Shown: positions 1 through 10,811 of the stretch, in pieces
Layout of the letters: each line of letters opens with the position of its first letter
Numbering within the stretch: the first letter of the stretch is position 1
Origin: an uncultured virus (IMG/VR IMGVR_UViG_3300028393_000031)
Taxonomy: Duplodnaviria > Heunggongvirae > Uroviricota > Caudoviricetes
Direction: 5' to 3' (one strand)
Virus record (IMG/VR): IMGVR_UViG_3300028393_000031
DNA length: 57,052 nt
Position numbers and translations under genes: made by a program
Notes under the pieces: model-generated
Database searches by the model: none
Told to the model about the DNA's origin: nothing
The model's input: only the letters and a program-made list of their open reading frames with translations

Positions 1-126
1 ACATATACTACACCATTTACCATGTCCAGCGGTGATTACCTTACTATTAGTATAACCCAAGCAGGATCTAGTAATAATCCTGGGAGTGAACTTTACGTAC
101 AGCTGAAATACACGCAGACCAGTTGA
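1..126 (+). CDS. C-terminal end of a virion fibre/structural protein (partial)
   Basis: Frame 1 is open from the window edge and reads TYTTPFTMSSGDYLTISITQAGSSNNPGSELYVQLKYTQTS* (TGA 124-126). It resembles C-terminal beta-sandwich tips of phage fibre proteins. Confidence 0.6.
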   Translation, partial: TYTTPFTMSSGDYLTISITQAGSSNNPGSELYVQLKYTQTS

Positions 127-132
127 TTGAGC

Positions 133-164
133 TATAAATAGTTAGATTGATCTAAACATAAATA
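133..164 (+). promoter_or_regulatory. Tandem T4-type late promoters
   Basis: TATAAATA at 133-140 and ATAAATA at 158-164, upstream of SD AGGAG and ATG 191. Confidence 0.75.
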
Positions 165-190
165 CACAATAGGTCTAGGAGTTTTATAAA

Positions 191-2035
191 ATGGCAATAA
201 TTAGAACAGCAAAATACGCAGTACAGGTTCCTGCTCTAGTAGAGGATCCGTATCCAAATTCGGGCAAACTCTACTTCCAAAACGAAGCATACAGCAGTGC
301 CAACTTGAGCGTGTTTTTTGATAAAACTATCTCGTACAACACCGCCGGTACTGGGTATAGCACATTTGGCTACAGTACAGTAACAGGAGCCACAGAAGCC
401 TTGGGCGGTGTACTAAATCTCAAAGGTGAAGTAACTTTTGTTCGCCACGCCACATTTAATACTCAAGCGGTACAAAGTAATAACCTAGACCAAGCACCGT
501 TTGCCAGTATGGATCCCACCCGCCCTATTATACAAAGCAGATACGACACAGATGGTGTCAACAACCAAGTACTTATAAGTTACAATCAGCAGACACTAGC
601 AGCCGCAGGAGATCTGATCGCCTACTATCGTCGTGTCAACATAGGTAATGACAGCAGCACAGGTTTTCCAATACAAAATGCCACACATTCAACCAGTTAT
701 ACCGGATTTCCAGTTTACAGAAACCCCAGTACCAATCATATGGTAATAGTGGCCAATTATCATATCACTGGTTATGTTCCAGGATCGACCACTGGCGCAC
801 ATTTACCCAACATGTTCAGTGCTACAGCACCAACGTTGGCTACTCAAGTTGCCGGGCAAGCGTCTGGAACCAATACTGTGCAATTCTTAGGCGTAAGCAG
901 TGTTGATGGTTTAGCCATGTTTTTAAACAACAATATTGGTAATGATTACACGCAAAATATCTACAAGTACAATGACGGGGCAACTACAGCTACTAACCCG
1001 GGTACATTCACAGCTAGTCCCGGCGCTGATGGTAGGTCAAATGGATCTGCTGGTGGTGCAAGAGTACCACCAGCTGGTGGTTCATTCCAACCCAAGTTTG
1101 CCAGTAGAACTTTTACAGATCCCAATTCTGTTCCGTCTGGTGCGCCCTCAGGACAGACTGGATTTTATGTGCCTTACTTTGATACAGCAGGTACATACCA
1201 TCCCTTCTACTTTGTTTGGAATCGGACCAACGACACCTTTCAAAGATTTGGTAATGTAACAACAACTACCATTGGTACTCAAAATACGTATTGGGCAGCA
1301 GATACAGCAACTGCTACCAGCGTAAGCAGCACAACAGGTATGCAACGTGTTATCTATAACGAATCATTTGTTTTCAGCGGTACTAGATATCTTACCATGA
1401 TGCAGTTCCATGGCGCAGGCGGCATATATGACGGTACCGCCACACAGCGTACATTTATGACCTATGCAATTAACAGCTCAGACTATACACAAACCACGTT
1501 CCATAGTGCTGCTACAATACCCAGCACACCCAAGAACATCTGCTGGTTAAATGATGCTAGAACCTTGATGGCTATCATAGCACACAACTTTACCTATATC
1601 TACAGCTTTAACAGCGCAGTGACCGGCTGGAACTTGACAGCCAGCTTCAACTATCAATTCAATAGCATTGGTAGAGATAGTTTAGGACGCATATGGGCAG
1701 TGGATCAAGGACCATTGGGCTATGGGCGTGTACACCTACTGTCGGGCAGTATGCCGTCTACAGTCAATGTAACACCAGCTGCTACCAGCTACAACTACAG
1801 TGGTACTACTATTTCTACCACTTACACCATTGACACATATGATATCACAGGTGCAAGGGTTGCTGCCAACGTGACCCTGACATCCACTGGATCCAGCATT
1901 GTGTTCTATACCAGTAATATATTAGTGACTACCAGTGCAATTACTGTGACCACCAGTGCCAGTGCAACTACCACTGTAAACGCTGCTGTGGTCAGCGCTG
2001 GTGTTAGTACCATAACTACTACTGTGACATTGTAA
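191..2035 (+). CDS. Virion structural/appendage protein, beta-rich with C-terminal Ig-like segment (paralog A)
   Basis: 614 aa, Thr/Ser/Gly-rich, strong SD and late promoter. Colinear similarity to ORF 2319 (MAIIRT..EDP, YRNPST, FYVPY.DTAG, TPKNI.WLND, GRD.LGRIW). Confidence 0.7.
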   Translation: MAIIRTAKYAVQVPALVEDPYPNSGKLYFQNEAYSSANLSVFFDKTISYNTAGTGYSTFGYSTVTGATEALGGVLNLKGEVTFVRHATFNTQAVQSNNLDQAPFASMDPTRPIIQSRYDTDGVNNQVLISYNQQTLAAAGDLIAYYRRVNIGNDSSTGFPIQNATHSTSYTGFPVYRNPSTNHMVIVANYHITGYVPGSTTGAHLPNMFSATAPTLATQVAGQASGTNTVQFLGVSSVDGLAMFLNNNIGNDYTQNIYKYNDGATTATNPGTFTASPGADGRSNGSAGGARVPPAGGSFQPKFASRTFTDPNSVPSGAPSGQTGFYVPYFDTAGTYHPFYFVWNRTNDTFQRFGNVTTTTIGTQNTYWAADTATATSVSSTTGMQRVIYNESFVFSGTRYLTMMQFHGAGGIYDGTATQRTFMTYAINSSDYTQTTFHSAATIPSTPKNICWLNDARTLMAIIAHNFTYIYSFNSAVTGWNLTASFNYQFNSIGRDSLGRIWAVDQGPLGYGRVHLLSGSMPSTVNVTPAATSYNYSGTTISTTYTIDTYDITGARVAANVTLTSTGSSIVFYTSNILVTTSAITVTTSASATTTVNAAVVSAGVSTITTTVTL

Positions 2036-2045
2036 GGATTTGTAA

Positions 2046-2300
2046 ATGAGTGAAACTGTTGATCGTATAGTAGAAGAACACGACGCCGAAGGGCAAGTGG
2101 TTACCACACGAACCGTTAGATATGAGTTTAACGGAAGTGAATTGCTTATTGGTGAAGTTAGACAAGATGACGACAACAATGAAGTATTCATACCGGGCGG
2201 ATATCAACCCTGGCAATGTATGCCCGATGGTACTAGACAAGCATGGGCAAACGCCACCGATGCGTTTGCTTGGGCCGACGGACAAATGGGTATTAGTTAA
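2046..2300 (+). CDS. Small acidic hypothetical protein, possible assembly chaperone
   Basis: 84 aa with SD AAGGA; fills the gap between the two paralogs. Confidence 0.7.
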   Translation: MSETVDRIVEEHDAEGQVVTTRTVRYEFNGSELLIGEVRQDDDNNEVFIPGGYQPWQCMPDGTRQAWANATDAFAWADGQMGIS

Positions 2301-2318
2301 TAATTTAAGGAATATATT

Positions 2319-4232
2319 GTGGCAGTAATAAGAACATTTAAAAACGCAGTGCAAGCAGCGGCCATATTGGAAGATCCAATTCCTGGAAGTACCTACCTGT
2401 ATTTTCAAACAGATGGAGTTAATAAAACCACACTGACACCGCAGTTTGATGCACAGTATAACTTTAGTCCCAGTGGTATCTTGAGTAATGCACCAGCAAA
2501 CAGTGGACTTATAGCCGACCAACAGATAATGAATACATTTGGTACTCCTATACTAAGTGGAACAGTTAATCAACAATATAATATTAATTTTATTGAGTTT
2601 ACTGGCGTACTAGTACTCAACGGTGAAGTTACTCATTGCAGACATTTTAGTACTGCAACTAATACCTACCTCATCAATCTAGACCATGCCCCGTTCTTCT
2701 CCATGGACCCTAATTATCGCCCAAAACCAGCATCGTATTTTACAGATGGAACAAGCACAGTGGCCTATTGGGTCAAGTGGAATCAAAGTAACTCAGTTAA
2801 TACTCTCACTCAAGAAAGCACAAGATACGTGGTGCTGGTAAATGGTACCAGCGCTGGCATAGCGTCTGGGGCTACCATAGTGACTAACAGTAACTTTATT
2901 AGCACCGTGCCTAATAATAATATTACTTGTGCGCATGCCTATCCTATGTATAGAAACCCCAGCACGGGTAACATGGTATGGCATGGAATGTATACTACTA
3001 CAACATATCCTGGTGCAGGAACTGGGTTTACCTTAGGAAATGCATTTAGTCAACAAGGTACAACAATTCCTGCAACCACCAGTGGCGCCACCACTGGCGG
3101 TATTATAAATTACACAAATCAATTTGTTGGAGTAAGTGCAGTAGACGGGCTGGTGATAACATTACAGATTGGTACTACAGATGATATTAACCAACAATTT
3201 TGGAAATTCAATGATGGTGCCAATACAGCCACACAGTTAAATGCTTTTAGTGCAAGTCCTGCTGCCAGTGGCAGTAGTGTGGGCGGCAACAGAACCACTA
3301 CCCAAGGTAGTTATAAAGCCAAGTTTGCCAGCCGTTGGTTTACAGATCCGCTAACAGCAAACAGTCGTGGTTTCTATGTACCCTATGTAGACACCGCTGG
3401 CAACTACGCACCATTCTACTTTCAGTGGAATACTACAACTGACGCGTTCAGTCGTAACGCTACCAACTGTACTCTAAACTATGGTGGTAATAGTTTGAGT
3501 ACCTACTGGGCACCAGACGCTACCCAAACAGCAGCAATAAGTACTATATATGGCATGTCATCAGTTTGGTACAACGAAACATTTACTGTGGGCTCTAATC
3601 GATATATGATATTCATGCAGTTAAATGGAACTGGGGTAACTGCCGATTCGGCTCCAAAATCATGTACCTTTGTCTGCTATAGCGTAAACGCAGCGGATCC
3701 TAGGATCTTAACATATCACAGCAGCATTCCGGTACCCACAACACCAAAAAACATTGTTTGGTTGAATGATGCATTGACCATCTTGGGCGTGTTCTGTCAG
3801 AACAACTTTTACATCTACACCTTCACTGAAAGCAGTGGTTGGACTCGTACAGCAACTTTACCATTTCAATTTAGTGCAGTGGGTAGGGACAATCTGGGAC
3901 GTATCTGGGGAGTAGAGCCGGGACCATATCGTTGGGGTCGCATACACTTGATCAGTTTGACAGTACCAGTTACTATTGTGGTAACCCCAGATGCAACCAC
4001 CTACACCTATGCTGGTACACCTATCACTGGCAACTTGGCAGTTAAAGCACTGGATGCCAGCGGCAACAGGATCAGTACCACAGTCAAACTGGTTATCGAT
4101 GGCGGCAGTATGTTGTTTGGTGGTAGCAACTATACTACCACTGTCACCACCAGTGCCAGTGCAGATGTCAATGCAGCAGTTACCATATCCGGCGGAGGCG
4201 TCAGCAATATCATTGCCAGCGTGTCGGTATGA
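2319..4232 (+). CDS. Virion structural/appendage protein (paralog B of 191..2035)
   Basis: 637 aa, GTG start with SD AAGGA; full-length similarity to ORF 191. Confidence 0.7.
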   Translation: MAVIRTFKNAVQAAAILEDPIPGSTYLYFQTDGVNKTTLTPQFDAQYNFSPSGILSNAPANSGLIADQQIMNTFGTPILSGTVNQQYNINFIEFTGVLVLNGEVTHCRHFSTATNTYLINLDHAPFFSMDPNYRPKPASYFTDGTSTVAYWVKWNQSNSVNTLTQESTRYVVLVNGTSAGIASGATIVTNSNFISTVPNNNITCAHAYPMYRNPSTGNMVWHGMYTTTTYPGAGTGFTLGNAFSQQGTTIPATTSGATTGGIINYTNQFVGVSAVDGLVITLQIGTTDDINQQFWKFNDGANTATQLNAFSASPAASGSSVGGNRTTTQGSYKAKFASRWFTDPLTANSRGFYVPYVDTAGNYAPFYFQWNTTTDAFSRNATNCTLNYGGNSLSTYWAPDATQTAAISTIYGMSSVWYNETFTVGSNRYMIFMQLNGTGVTADSAPKSCTFVCYSVNAADPRILTYHSSIPVPTTPKNIVWLNDALTILGVFCQNNFYIYTFTESSGWTRTATLPFQFSAVGRDNLGRIWGVEPGPYRWGRIHLISLTVPVTIVVTPDATTYTYAGTPITGNLAVKALDASGNRISTTVKLVIDGGSMLFGGSNYTTTVTTSASADVNAAVTISGGGVSNIIASVSV

Positions 4233-4241
4233 GGACGGCCT

Positions 4242-7200
4242 GTGTCTGCAATACTATCCAGTCTTGATCTAGTAGTCAACCGCCTTACAACCATAACGGT
4301 TGTACAGAGTGGTCCTCAACTCAAAACCACACTGGCAGCAACTCCTGCCGAAACAGTTGTAAGTACCAGCAGCAATGTGGGTATACATAGGATCAACACC
4401 ACTCCGGAATTAAGCAACACAATAAGAGTGGCCTATCCCACCAGCAGTTTTGGCGGTGCCCAATTTGCAGTGGTCGACAGCGTAACCACAACTACATCGG
4501 CCAACGCCAACAGTTTTGCAGTTACTGGTGCAACATCAGTACTTGGCGGGGGATTAAATTACACGTATGGTAGCATAGTTTCAAACGTTAGTGCATATGC
4601 AACAGTAACTTATACCACCCCTGGCACTTATACTTGGACTTGCCCTGAAGGTATAACCATTATAAGTATGGTAGGCATAGGTGGTGGTGGGGGCGGCCAA
4701 CAAAAAGCTGCTGGCGGTGCTGGCGGCGCCGGAGGCTTAATTGATTACTATAATGCTTATACAGTGACGCCTGGTACCAATTATACCATTGTTGTAGGAG
4801 GCCGCGGCAGTCCAGGAACCGCGGCCGGTGATAACGGGGACGCAACTTATTTTATTGATGCCGCTGCAACTGCGCCTGTTATATATGCAGCCGGCGGCAC
4901 CGGTGGCGGCAATATGAGTTGGTTAACTGGTGGTACCGCTGGTAGTATTATTAATAGCACGTATTCTTCAATTGACACATTTACTGCACAAGACTCCAAT
5001 GGCGGAACTATAACTTACAGTGTCGCTAATGGTCCAACCGGTTTAGTAATAAATGCATCTACTGGTGTAATGTCTTATAGCCAACAATCAAGTCCCTCTC
5101 TGTCTGATGGTTACCTTATTACAATTAATGCGACATCAACTAGTGGCAGCAGTATTGATAAATTTTATACATTAATATTTACTGCTGAATCTTATTTGTA
5201 CTATCTATTAGTAGCCGGTGGTGGTGGCGCAGGCGCAGATGGCTCAGTATCTGCAGCCAGTCCGGGCACAGGAGGTGGTGGTGGTGTGGTGTTGGGATCA
5301 ATTGCAATAACATTGGGCAGCGGTTTAGTTACCATTGGTAGTGGCGGCAGCTTAGGTAGCAATGGTGGTAACACCAGTGCAATTGGCACAGCAGTATTTG
5401 GGACTAATGGTGTAGTTGCTATTGGCGGCGGCGCCGGCGGCAGTGCATTAACTGGTACCGGTGGTGGTGCAGGCGGCTCGGGCGGCGGTGGCGGGTATAG
5501 TCCCGACTTGGTTAGCGGCTCGGGCGGCGCGGGCTTACAGCCCACTAGTACGTGGGGCGGTTACGGTACCGGCGGTGCAGCTGGAAATCAAGGTGGCCTT
5601 GGTGGCAGTGCTGGTGGATCGGCTCTAAGCACATTTGCCGCAGGCAGCTTGTTGTTCAATGGTACCAGTCAGTCTCTTACATTTTCAGCACAAACTGCAC
5701 TTTCGTTTGGTACTGGAGATTTAACCATAGAGATGTGGGTGTATCCTACTACTCTTGCACCTGATGGTGGATATGCAGGGATAATAGATGCAAGATCAGG
5801 AACTGCAAGCACATCATGGACAGTTGGCTTAATTTTATCTGCAGGTAATATGTATGCTTACATGGGAATAGGAAATTCAGGAAATCCGACTGGTTCTACT
5901 ATAATTCCATTAAACGCTTGGACACATATAGCTTGGACAAGACAAAGTTCTACATTTAAAATTTTTGTTAATGGTGTTATAGACTACAATGCCAGCGAGA
6001 CTCGTGCAATTGATGCCGGAGGTACTAGTCAAACAATAGGAAGACATAACGAAGCAGGACGTTATTATCGTGGTTACCTCACTAACATTCGTATAGTAAA
6101 AGGTACCGCAGTATATACTTCTGCGTTTGCGCCAATTGTACCGTTATCTAATGTCACCAACACATCGTTACTGTTATTAGTCAACAGCGATGCTACTAAA
6201 ATAACGGATTCAAGTACTAGTCTAAAAACGCTAACCAACGTTGGTAGTGTAACTTACAGCAGTAGTGTAGTACCATCGGCATCAAACACAGCAGGTACAA
6301 CAGCATCGGGTAGCTTGGTGTTTAATGGTTCTAGTTATGTAAGTTATCCAAATAATGCTGCTTGGGCTTTTGGTGCAGGCAATTTCACTGTTGAATGTTG
6401 GTTTTATCAGACTGCTTACTCGGCTAGCGGAACTGGTAACAGTTTGGTAATGCTTTGGCATTCAGGCCCCGGTAGGGCCTTCAACTTCTATGTGAATTCT
6501 GGTGGGAGCCTCGGAGCTGGTTGGAATACATCTAACAGTACGAGTGGTGGCTCTACTAGTTTAAACACCTGGTACCATGCAGCTTTTGTTAGAAACGGTG
6601 CTAGCTTTTATCTTTATTTAAACGGCGCACAAGTTGCTACCGCTGCGGCAGCAACAATTGCAGCCAGCTCTGACCCACTGTTTATTGGCGCTAATAATGA
6701 TGCAGCAAGCCCAACCTGGTTCTTTCGTGGATACATAACCAATGTTAGAATAGTCAAAGGCACTGCCATGTATACCAGTAACTTTGCTCCAACGGTACCG
6801 TTGGCACTGGTTTCTGGTACATCACTATTGCTGACTGTTGCCAACAATACCAACAGAGCAGTTGACAGTAGCAGTAATAATTTTACCCCAACAGTCAGTG
6901 GTGCTACATTTAGCAGTACAGTAGTTCCTAGTATAGGCGCTACAGTTACCACAGCCGGCGGCAGTTTTTTGTTCAACGGCACCAACGCCACACTGACTAG
7001 CCCAATTAATGCAGCATTCAATCTTGCAGCTGATTTTACACTCGAAGCTTGGATATACTTCCAAGGTACCACCGCCGCCTGTACTATTATGGGGCATCAG
7101 GCTGGCCCAAGTCCTGGCCGCGGCTGGTTGTGGGGGTTGAGCGGTACCGGAGAACCAAATTTTGGTTGGTCTATAGCTGGAAATGGTAATATTGGTTCGG

Positions 7201-10200
7201 GTGGAACTTACTATGCCGGTGCCCTAGTTCCATTGAATCAATGGGCCCATGTGGCATTTGTAAGAAGTGGAACAACCTATAAATTTTATATAAATGGCAC
7301 TGCTGCTGGATCCGGAACCATGTCGGGTGCAGTAAGGCACGCGGGATCATTTGGCATAGGCTATACACCAAACGAAACCACAAGCGGACAGTCCTATTTC
7401 AAAGGTTACATGACCAACATCGGGATTGTCAATGGTACAGCCATGTATAATAGTTCGTTCATTCCAACTTTATTATCTGCGGTTACTAATACAACATTAT
7501 TGTTATTAGTTGCTAGCTCGGGCACATACTTAAAAGATTCCAGCGTTAATAATCTCACTGTAACCAGTGTTAATACCACTTATAACAGTACCATTGTTCC
7601 CACAGTAGTAGCTACTAGCGGGCCCATCGCAGTTAACATCCTGGGCAACGTCATTGCCAGATATTCCGACGGCGGATATGCAGCCAATAGCAGTGTTAAC
7701 TATGGTGGTGGTGGTGGCCGTGTTGGATATGGGGTTGCGGGCAATGCTGGAGTAGCTTACTTCTGGTATGCCGGGGCCAGTCGCAGTCCTAGCGGAGATT
7801 TAATTCAAAATATCTCATATGGCGGCACCAATTATTGGTTACACAAATTTGTAAACAGCCAATATCTTAATTTATACCAATTTGGTCTTAATCCACCAAC
7901 GCTGGTGGATTATATCGTTGTGGGTGGTGGAGGCGGCGGCGGCTATACACAGATCTCTAGCGGGTCGGCTGGGGGCGGTGGCGCTGGCGGTATAATAACT
8001 ACAGCGCAGTACAGTACCTACTTGAACGCTGGTGTAGTTAGTGCAACCAATAGCGCATTTGCCATGGGCACCAGTGATTTTACCGTAGAAGGTTGGGCTT
8101 GGATTGATCCTGCATGTGACGCATTGGGCGCCTTTGTGTGTAGTGTATCTAGCAGTCAGCAGGGATTTTTAGTGTATAGAGATGGTGGTGGTGGCATTTT
8201 AAATGCCAATGGTGCAGGCGGTAGTGCTGTAAGCTGGTTAACTGCTTTGCCTACCAGTACCTGGTTCCACTTTGCGCTAACTATGCAGTCAAATACCATT
8301 AGACTCTATAAAGACGGTGTTTATCAAGGTTCCACTACTAATATATATTCTAATAATTCAACCACAATAGCCTTGGGTACCAGATACACAAACAACAATT
8401 CTTGGCCATTTGTGGGATATATAACCAACGTCAGGGTAGTGAGCGGTACTGCTTTGTATACTACAACTGGCACCTTCGCAGTAGCCACTACTCCATTAAC
8501 AGCTATTTCTGGCACTGTGTACTTGACTGCTACTACTGCCACTTTACAGGACATGGGTCCAAATCGGGTTTCTGTTATTGGAACTGGAACTGTAGGTTAT
8601 AGCGCCAGTCAAATACCTTTTGCTAGTACAGCAGCATTTGCCGTAACACAGGGCACTAGTTATACAGTTACAGTAGGTGCTGGAGGTGCAGGAGGCACTA
8701 CAGGCAACGGCTCTAGCGGATCTAATAGTATTTTGGGTACCGTGGGCGGTAGTTTAAGTTTTAACGGTAGCAACAATGTAAGTGTTCCCTACAGTGCAGC
8801 AGCATTCCAAATGACTGGAGATTTTACAATAGAATGTTGGATATATCCAACTTCATACAGTGGCCCAAATGCTCATGCCAGAATGATATTTTCTAACGGT
8901 GGGCAAAGTGGTGGCGACACCGACGGATATAGTCTTCTTATCGCATCTAGCGGTCTTTTTGTTGCAACAAGGTCGGGTAGTGGAAATTATTCTTACCCCA
9001 CTGCTGGTATCGCACCGTTGAATGCTTGGAGTCATGTGGCCTATGTTCGCTCTGGCGGAAATCATAATATTTGGTTCAATGGGGTATTTAACAGCTACAC
9101 CGGCAATCAAATCACTGGTAGTATAGGAAATTCAGGTTATCCGTTTTATGTAGGTGATGAATCAGTTAACTACCGCTGGAACGATCCGTTTGTTGGATAC
9201 ATTACCAACGTTAGGGTGGTTAATGGAACTGCAATGTATACCACTGCACTGTACCCCACTGGATTTACACCAGCAGTTCCGTTGAATGTTACTAATACAA
9301 AATTATTATTAAATGTAACCACCAGTGCATTATATATAACTGATACTAGTAGTAGTCCTCTTACCCCAGTAAATAATGGTGGAGTTACATTTAGTACACT
9401 TGCTCCAGGCGGCATTGCTACTGGCGTATATGCCACAGGCGGTGGTGGAGGTGGCTATGCTGCCAACGCCTCACCGTATGCTTACGCAGGTTTATTGGGC
9501 GGATCAGGCGGCGGCGGCGCAGGTGGGACTGCGGCCGGTACTGGTGGTGCAGCCATGGCTGGCCAAGGATTTGCAGGTGCAGCTGGCTCTAGTACTTCGA
9601 CAGCATTTGGTGGCGGTGGTGGGGGAGGAGGAGGAGGTGCAGGATTGGCGGGATCGGCCAGTGCTGGTGGTGCAGGAGGTGTAGGAGCCATAACGCCATT
9701 GATTACCACTACGCAGGCCAATACTGCGGTAATTGGACAAGTTGTAACTGGTAATGTTTATTTTGGTGGCGGTGGTGGCGGTGGTGTATATGCTAGCACC
9801 GCCATTGGTGCCGGCGGAGTGGGCGGCGGTGCAAGTGGTGGCAGCGCGATAGTATCTGGTGCTGTAAGTTTTGCTGGTGCTGGACAATATTTAAAAATTG
9901 CTTCCACCTATGACGCTGCATGGTCATTCCCTGGAGATTTTACTATGGAGGCATGGGTATACTGGCCAGGTACAGTACCCACCGACGCCGGGCAGTACAC
10001 AATTATGAGTGACATGGAAACTGCTGAAAATCGGCAATGGGAATTCCAGTACTATAACAATTTTTGGCGCCTGGCTGCGTATGGGTCATCAACAAATTCT
10101 CCCAGTATATCGGCCTGGTCGATAGCTGGAAATAATACAGCAGGATCGGGAAAAATTGTAGGCAATACCTGGTACCATATAGCAGTGACAAGATCTGGCA

Positions 10201-10799
10201 CCACTGGAAAAATGTGGGTAAATGGCGTAGATGTTACTGCCAGTGATAGTATAGGCAGCAGCGACTTGACTTCTGCTAACAACGCCACCAGTGGGCATTC
10301 GGCACTGTATATTGGACAGTCGGGCATAAGTTCAACCTGGCGTTGGACCGGATATATCACCAACGTGCGTATAACCAAAGGACAGTCATTATACAATACT
10401 GCATTTACCCCAGCTGCGCCTCTGTCGGCTGGAGCCAATACTACAGTGTTATTATTGTTTAATACAGATCTTACTAAATTAGTTGATTCGAGTACAAATG
10501 CTTTTCCAGTAGTCAACAACGGCAGCGTAACCTGGTCAAATTCAACTTTACCATCCGGTAGTGGCGGCCTAATAGCCAATGGCGCCGCCGGAACTGTCAA
10601 CACCGGTGGTGGCGGTGGTGGTGCAGGAGCTAAATCCGGCGGCGGAGGTGCAGGGGGCGCAGGTGGTGCAGGTGTAGTCGTCATCCGTTACCCAGATGCA
10701 TATAACATTGCAGCAAGTACTACAGGTAGCCCAATATTGGAAACTGCCAATGGATATAGGACATACATATTCAAGACTTCTGGCTCGATCACATTCTAA
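4242..10799 (+). CDS. Giant fibre/adhesin: glycine-rich domains, an Ig-like domain and six LamG/ConA-like modules
   Basis: 2185 aa, GTG start with GAGG SD. Six repeats of the S(L/V)xFNG...DFTxExW...W(T/Y)H(I/V)A...GY(I/L)TN(I/V)R pattern. Gly-rich motifs TTPGTYTWT, YIVVGGGGGG and GVVVIRYP. Confidence 0.85.
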   Translation: MSAILSSLDLVVNRLTTITVVQSGPQLKTTLAATPAETVVSTSSNVGIHRINTTPELSNTIRVAYPTSSFGGAQFAVVDSVTTTTSANANSFAVTGATSVLGGGLNYTYGSIVSNVSAYATVTYTTPGTYTWTCPEGITIISMVGIGGGGGGQQKAAGGAGGAGGLIDYYNAYTVTPGTNYTIVVGGRGSPGTAAGDNGDATYFIDAAATAPVIYAAGGTGGGNMSWLTGGTAGSIINSTYSSIDTFTAQDSNGGTITYSVANGPTGLVINASTGVMSYSQQSSPSLSDGYLITINATSTSGSSIDKFYTLIFTAESYLYYLLVAGGGGAGADGSVSAASPGTGGGGGVVLGSIAITLGSGLVTIGSGGSLGSNGGNTSAIGTAVFGTNGVVAIGGGAGGSALTGTGGGAGGSGGGGGYSPDLVSGSGGAGLQPTSTWGGYGTGGAAGNQGGLGGSAGGSALSTFAAGSLLFNGTSQSLTFSAQTALSFGTGDLTIEMWVYPTTLAPDGGYAGIIDARSGTASTSWTVGLILSAGNMYAYMGIGNSGNPTGSTIIPLNAWTHIAWTRQSSTFKIFVNGVIDYNASETRAIDAGGTSQTIGRHNEAGRYYRGYLTNIRIVKGTAVYTSAFAPIVPLSNVTNTSLLLLVNSDATKITDSSTSLKTLTNVGSVTYSSSVVPSASNTAGTTASGSLVFNGSSYVSYPNNAAWAFGAGNFTVECWFYQTAYSASGTGNSLVMLWHSGPGRAFNFYVNSGGSLGAGWNTSNSTSGGSTSLNTWYHAAFVRNGASFYLYLNGAQVATAAAATIAASSDPLFIGANNDAASPTWFFRGYITNVRIVKGTAMYTSNFAPTVPLALVSGTSLLLTVANNTNRAVDSSSNNFTPTVSGATFSSTVVPSIGATVTTAGGSFLFNGTNATLTSPINAAFNLAADFTLEAWIYFQGTTAACTIMGHQAGPSPGRGWLWGLSGTGEPNFGWSIAGNGNIGSGGTYYAGALVPLNQWAHVAFVRSGTTYKFYINGTAAGSGTMSGAVRHAGSFGIGYTPNETTSGQSYFKGYMTNIGIVNGTAMYNSSFIPTLLSAVTNTTLLLLVASSGTYLKDSSVNNLTVTSVNTTYNSTIVPTVVATSGPIAVNILGNVIARYSDGGYAANSSVNYGGGGGRVGYGVAGNAGVAYFWYAGASRSPSGDLIQNISYGGTNYWLHKFVNSQYLNLYQFGLNPPTLVDYIVVGGGGGGGYTQISSGSAGGGGAGGIITTAQYSTYLNAGVVSATNSAFAMGTSDFTVEGWAWIDPACDALGAFVCSVSSSQQGFLVYRDGGGGILNANGAGGSAVSWLTALPTSTWFHFALTMQSNTIRLYKDGVYQGSTTNIYSNNSTTIALGTRYTNNNSWPFVGYITNVRVVSGTALYTTTGTFAVATTPLTAISGTVYLTATTATLQDMGPNRVSVIGTGTVGYSASQIPFASTAAFAVTQGTSYTVTVGAGGAGGTTGNGSSGSNSILGTVGGSLSFNGSNNVSVPYSAAAFQMTGDFTIECWIYPTSYSGPNAHARMIFSNGGQSGGDTDGYSLLIASSGLFVATRSGSGNYSYPTAGIAPLNAWSHVAYVRSGGNHNIWFNGVFNSYTGNQITGSIGNSGYPFYVGDESVNYRWNDPFVGYITNVRVVNGTAMYTTALYPTGFTPAVPLNVTNTKLLLNVTTSALYITDTSSSPLTPVNNGGVTFSTLAPGGIATGVYATGGGGGGYAANASPYAYAGLLGGSGGGGAGGTAAGTGGAAMAGQGFAGAAGSSTSTAFGGGGGGGGGGAGLAGSASAGGAGGVGAITPLITTTQANTAVIGQVVTGNVYFGGGGGGGVYASTAIGAGGVGGGASGGSAIVSGAVSFAGAGQYLKIASTYDAAWSFPGDFTMEAWVYWPGTVPTDAGQYTIMSDMETAENRQWEFQYYNNFWRLAAYGSSTNSPSISAWSIAGNNTAGSGKIVGNTWYHIAVTRSGTTGKMWVNGVDVTASDSIGSSDLTSANNATSGHSALYIGQSGISSTWRWTGYITNVRITKGQSLYNTAFTPAAPLSAGANTTVLLLFNTDLTKLVDSSTNAFPVVNNGSVTWSNSTLPSGSGGLIANGAAGTVNTGGGGGGAGAKSGGGGAGGAGGAGVVVIRYPDAYNIAASTTGSPILETANGYRTYIFKTSGSITF

Positions 10800-10800
10800 G

Positions 10801-10806
10801 TAAATA
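10801..10806 (+). promoter_or_regulatory. Late promoter, probably giving a leaderless mRNA
   Basis: TAAATA ends 5 nt before ATG 10812; no SD. Confidence 0.65.
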
Positions 10807-10811
10807 CTAGT

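Noticed and set aside
5201..10684. Proline-rich minus-strand ORFs (5201-5545, 6614-7072, 9482-9721, 10052-10684 and others)
   Set aside because: Antisense shadows of Gly/Thr-rich codons in the fibre gene; no SD or promoter
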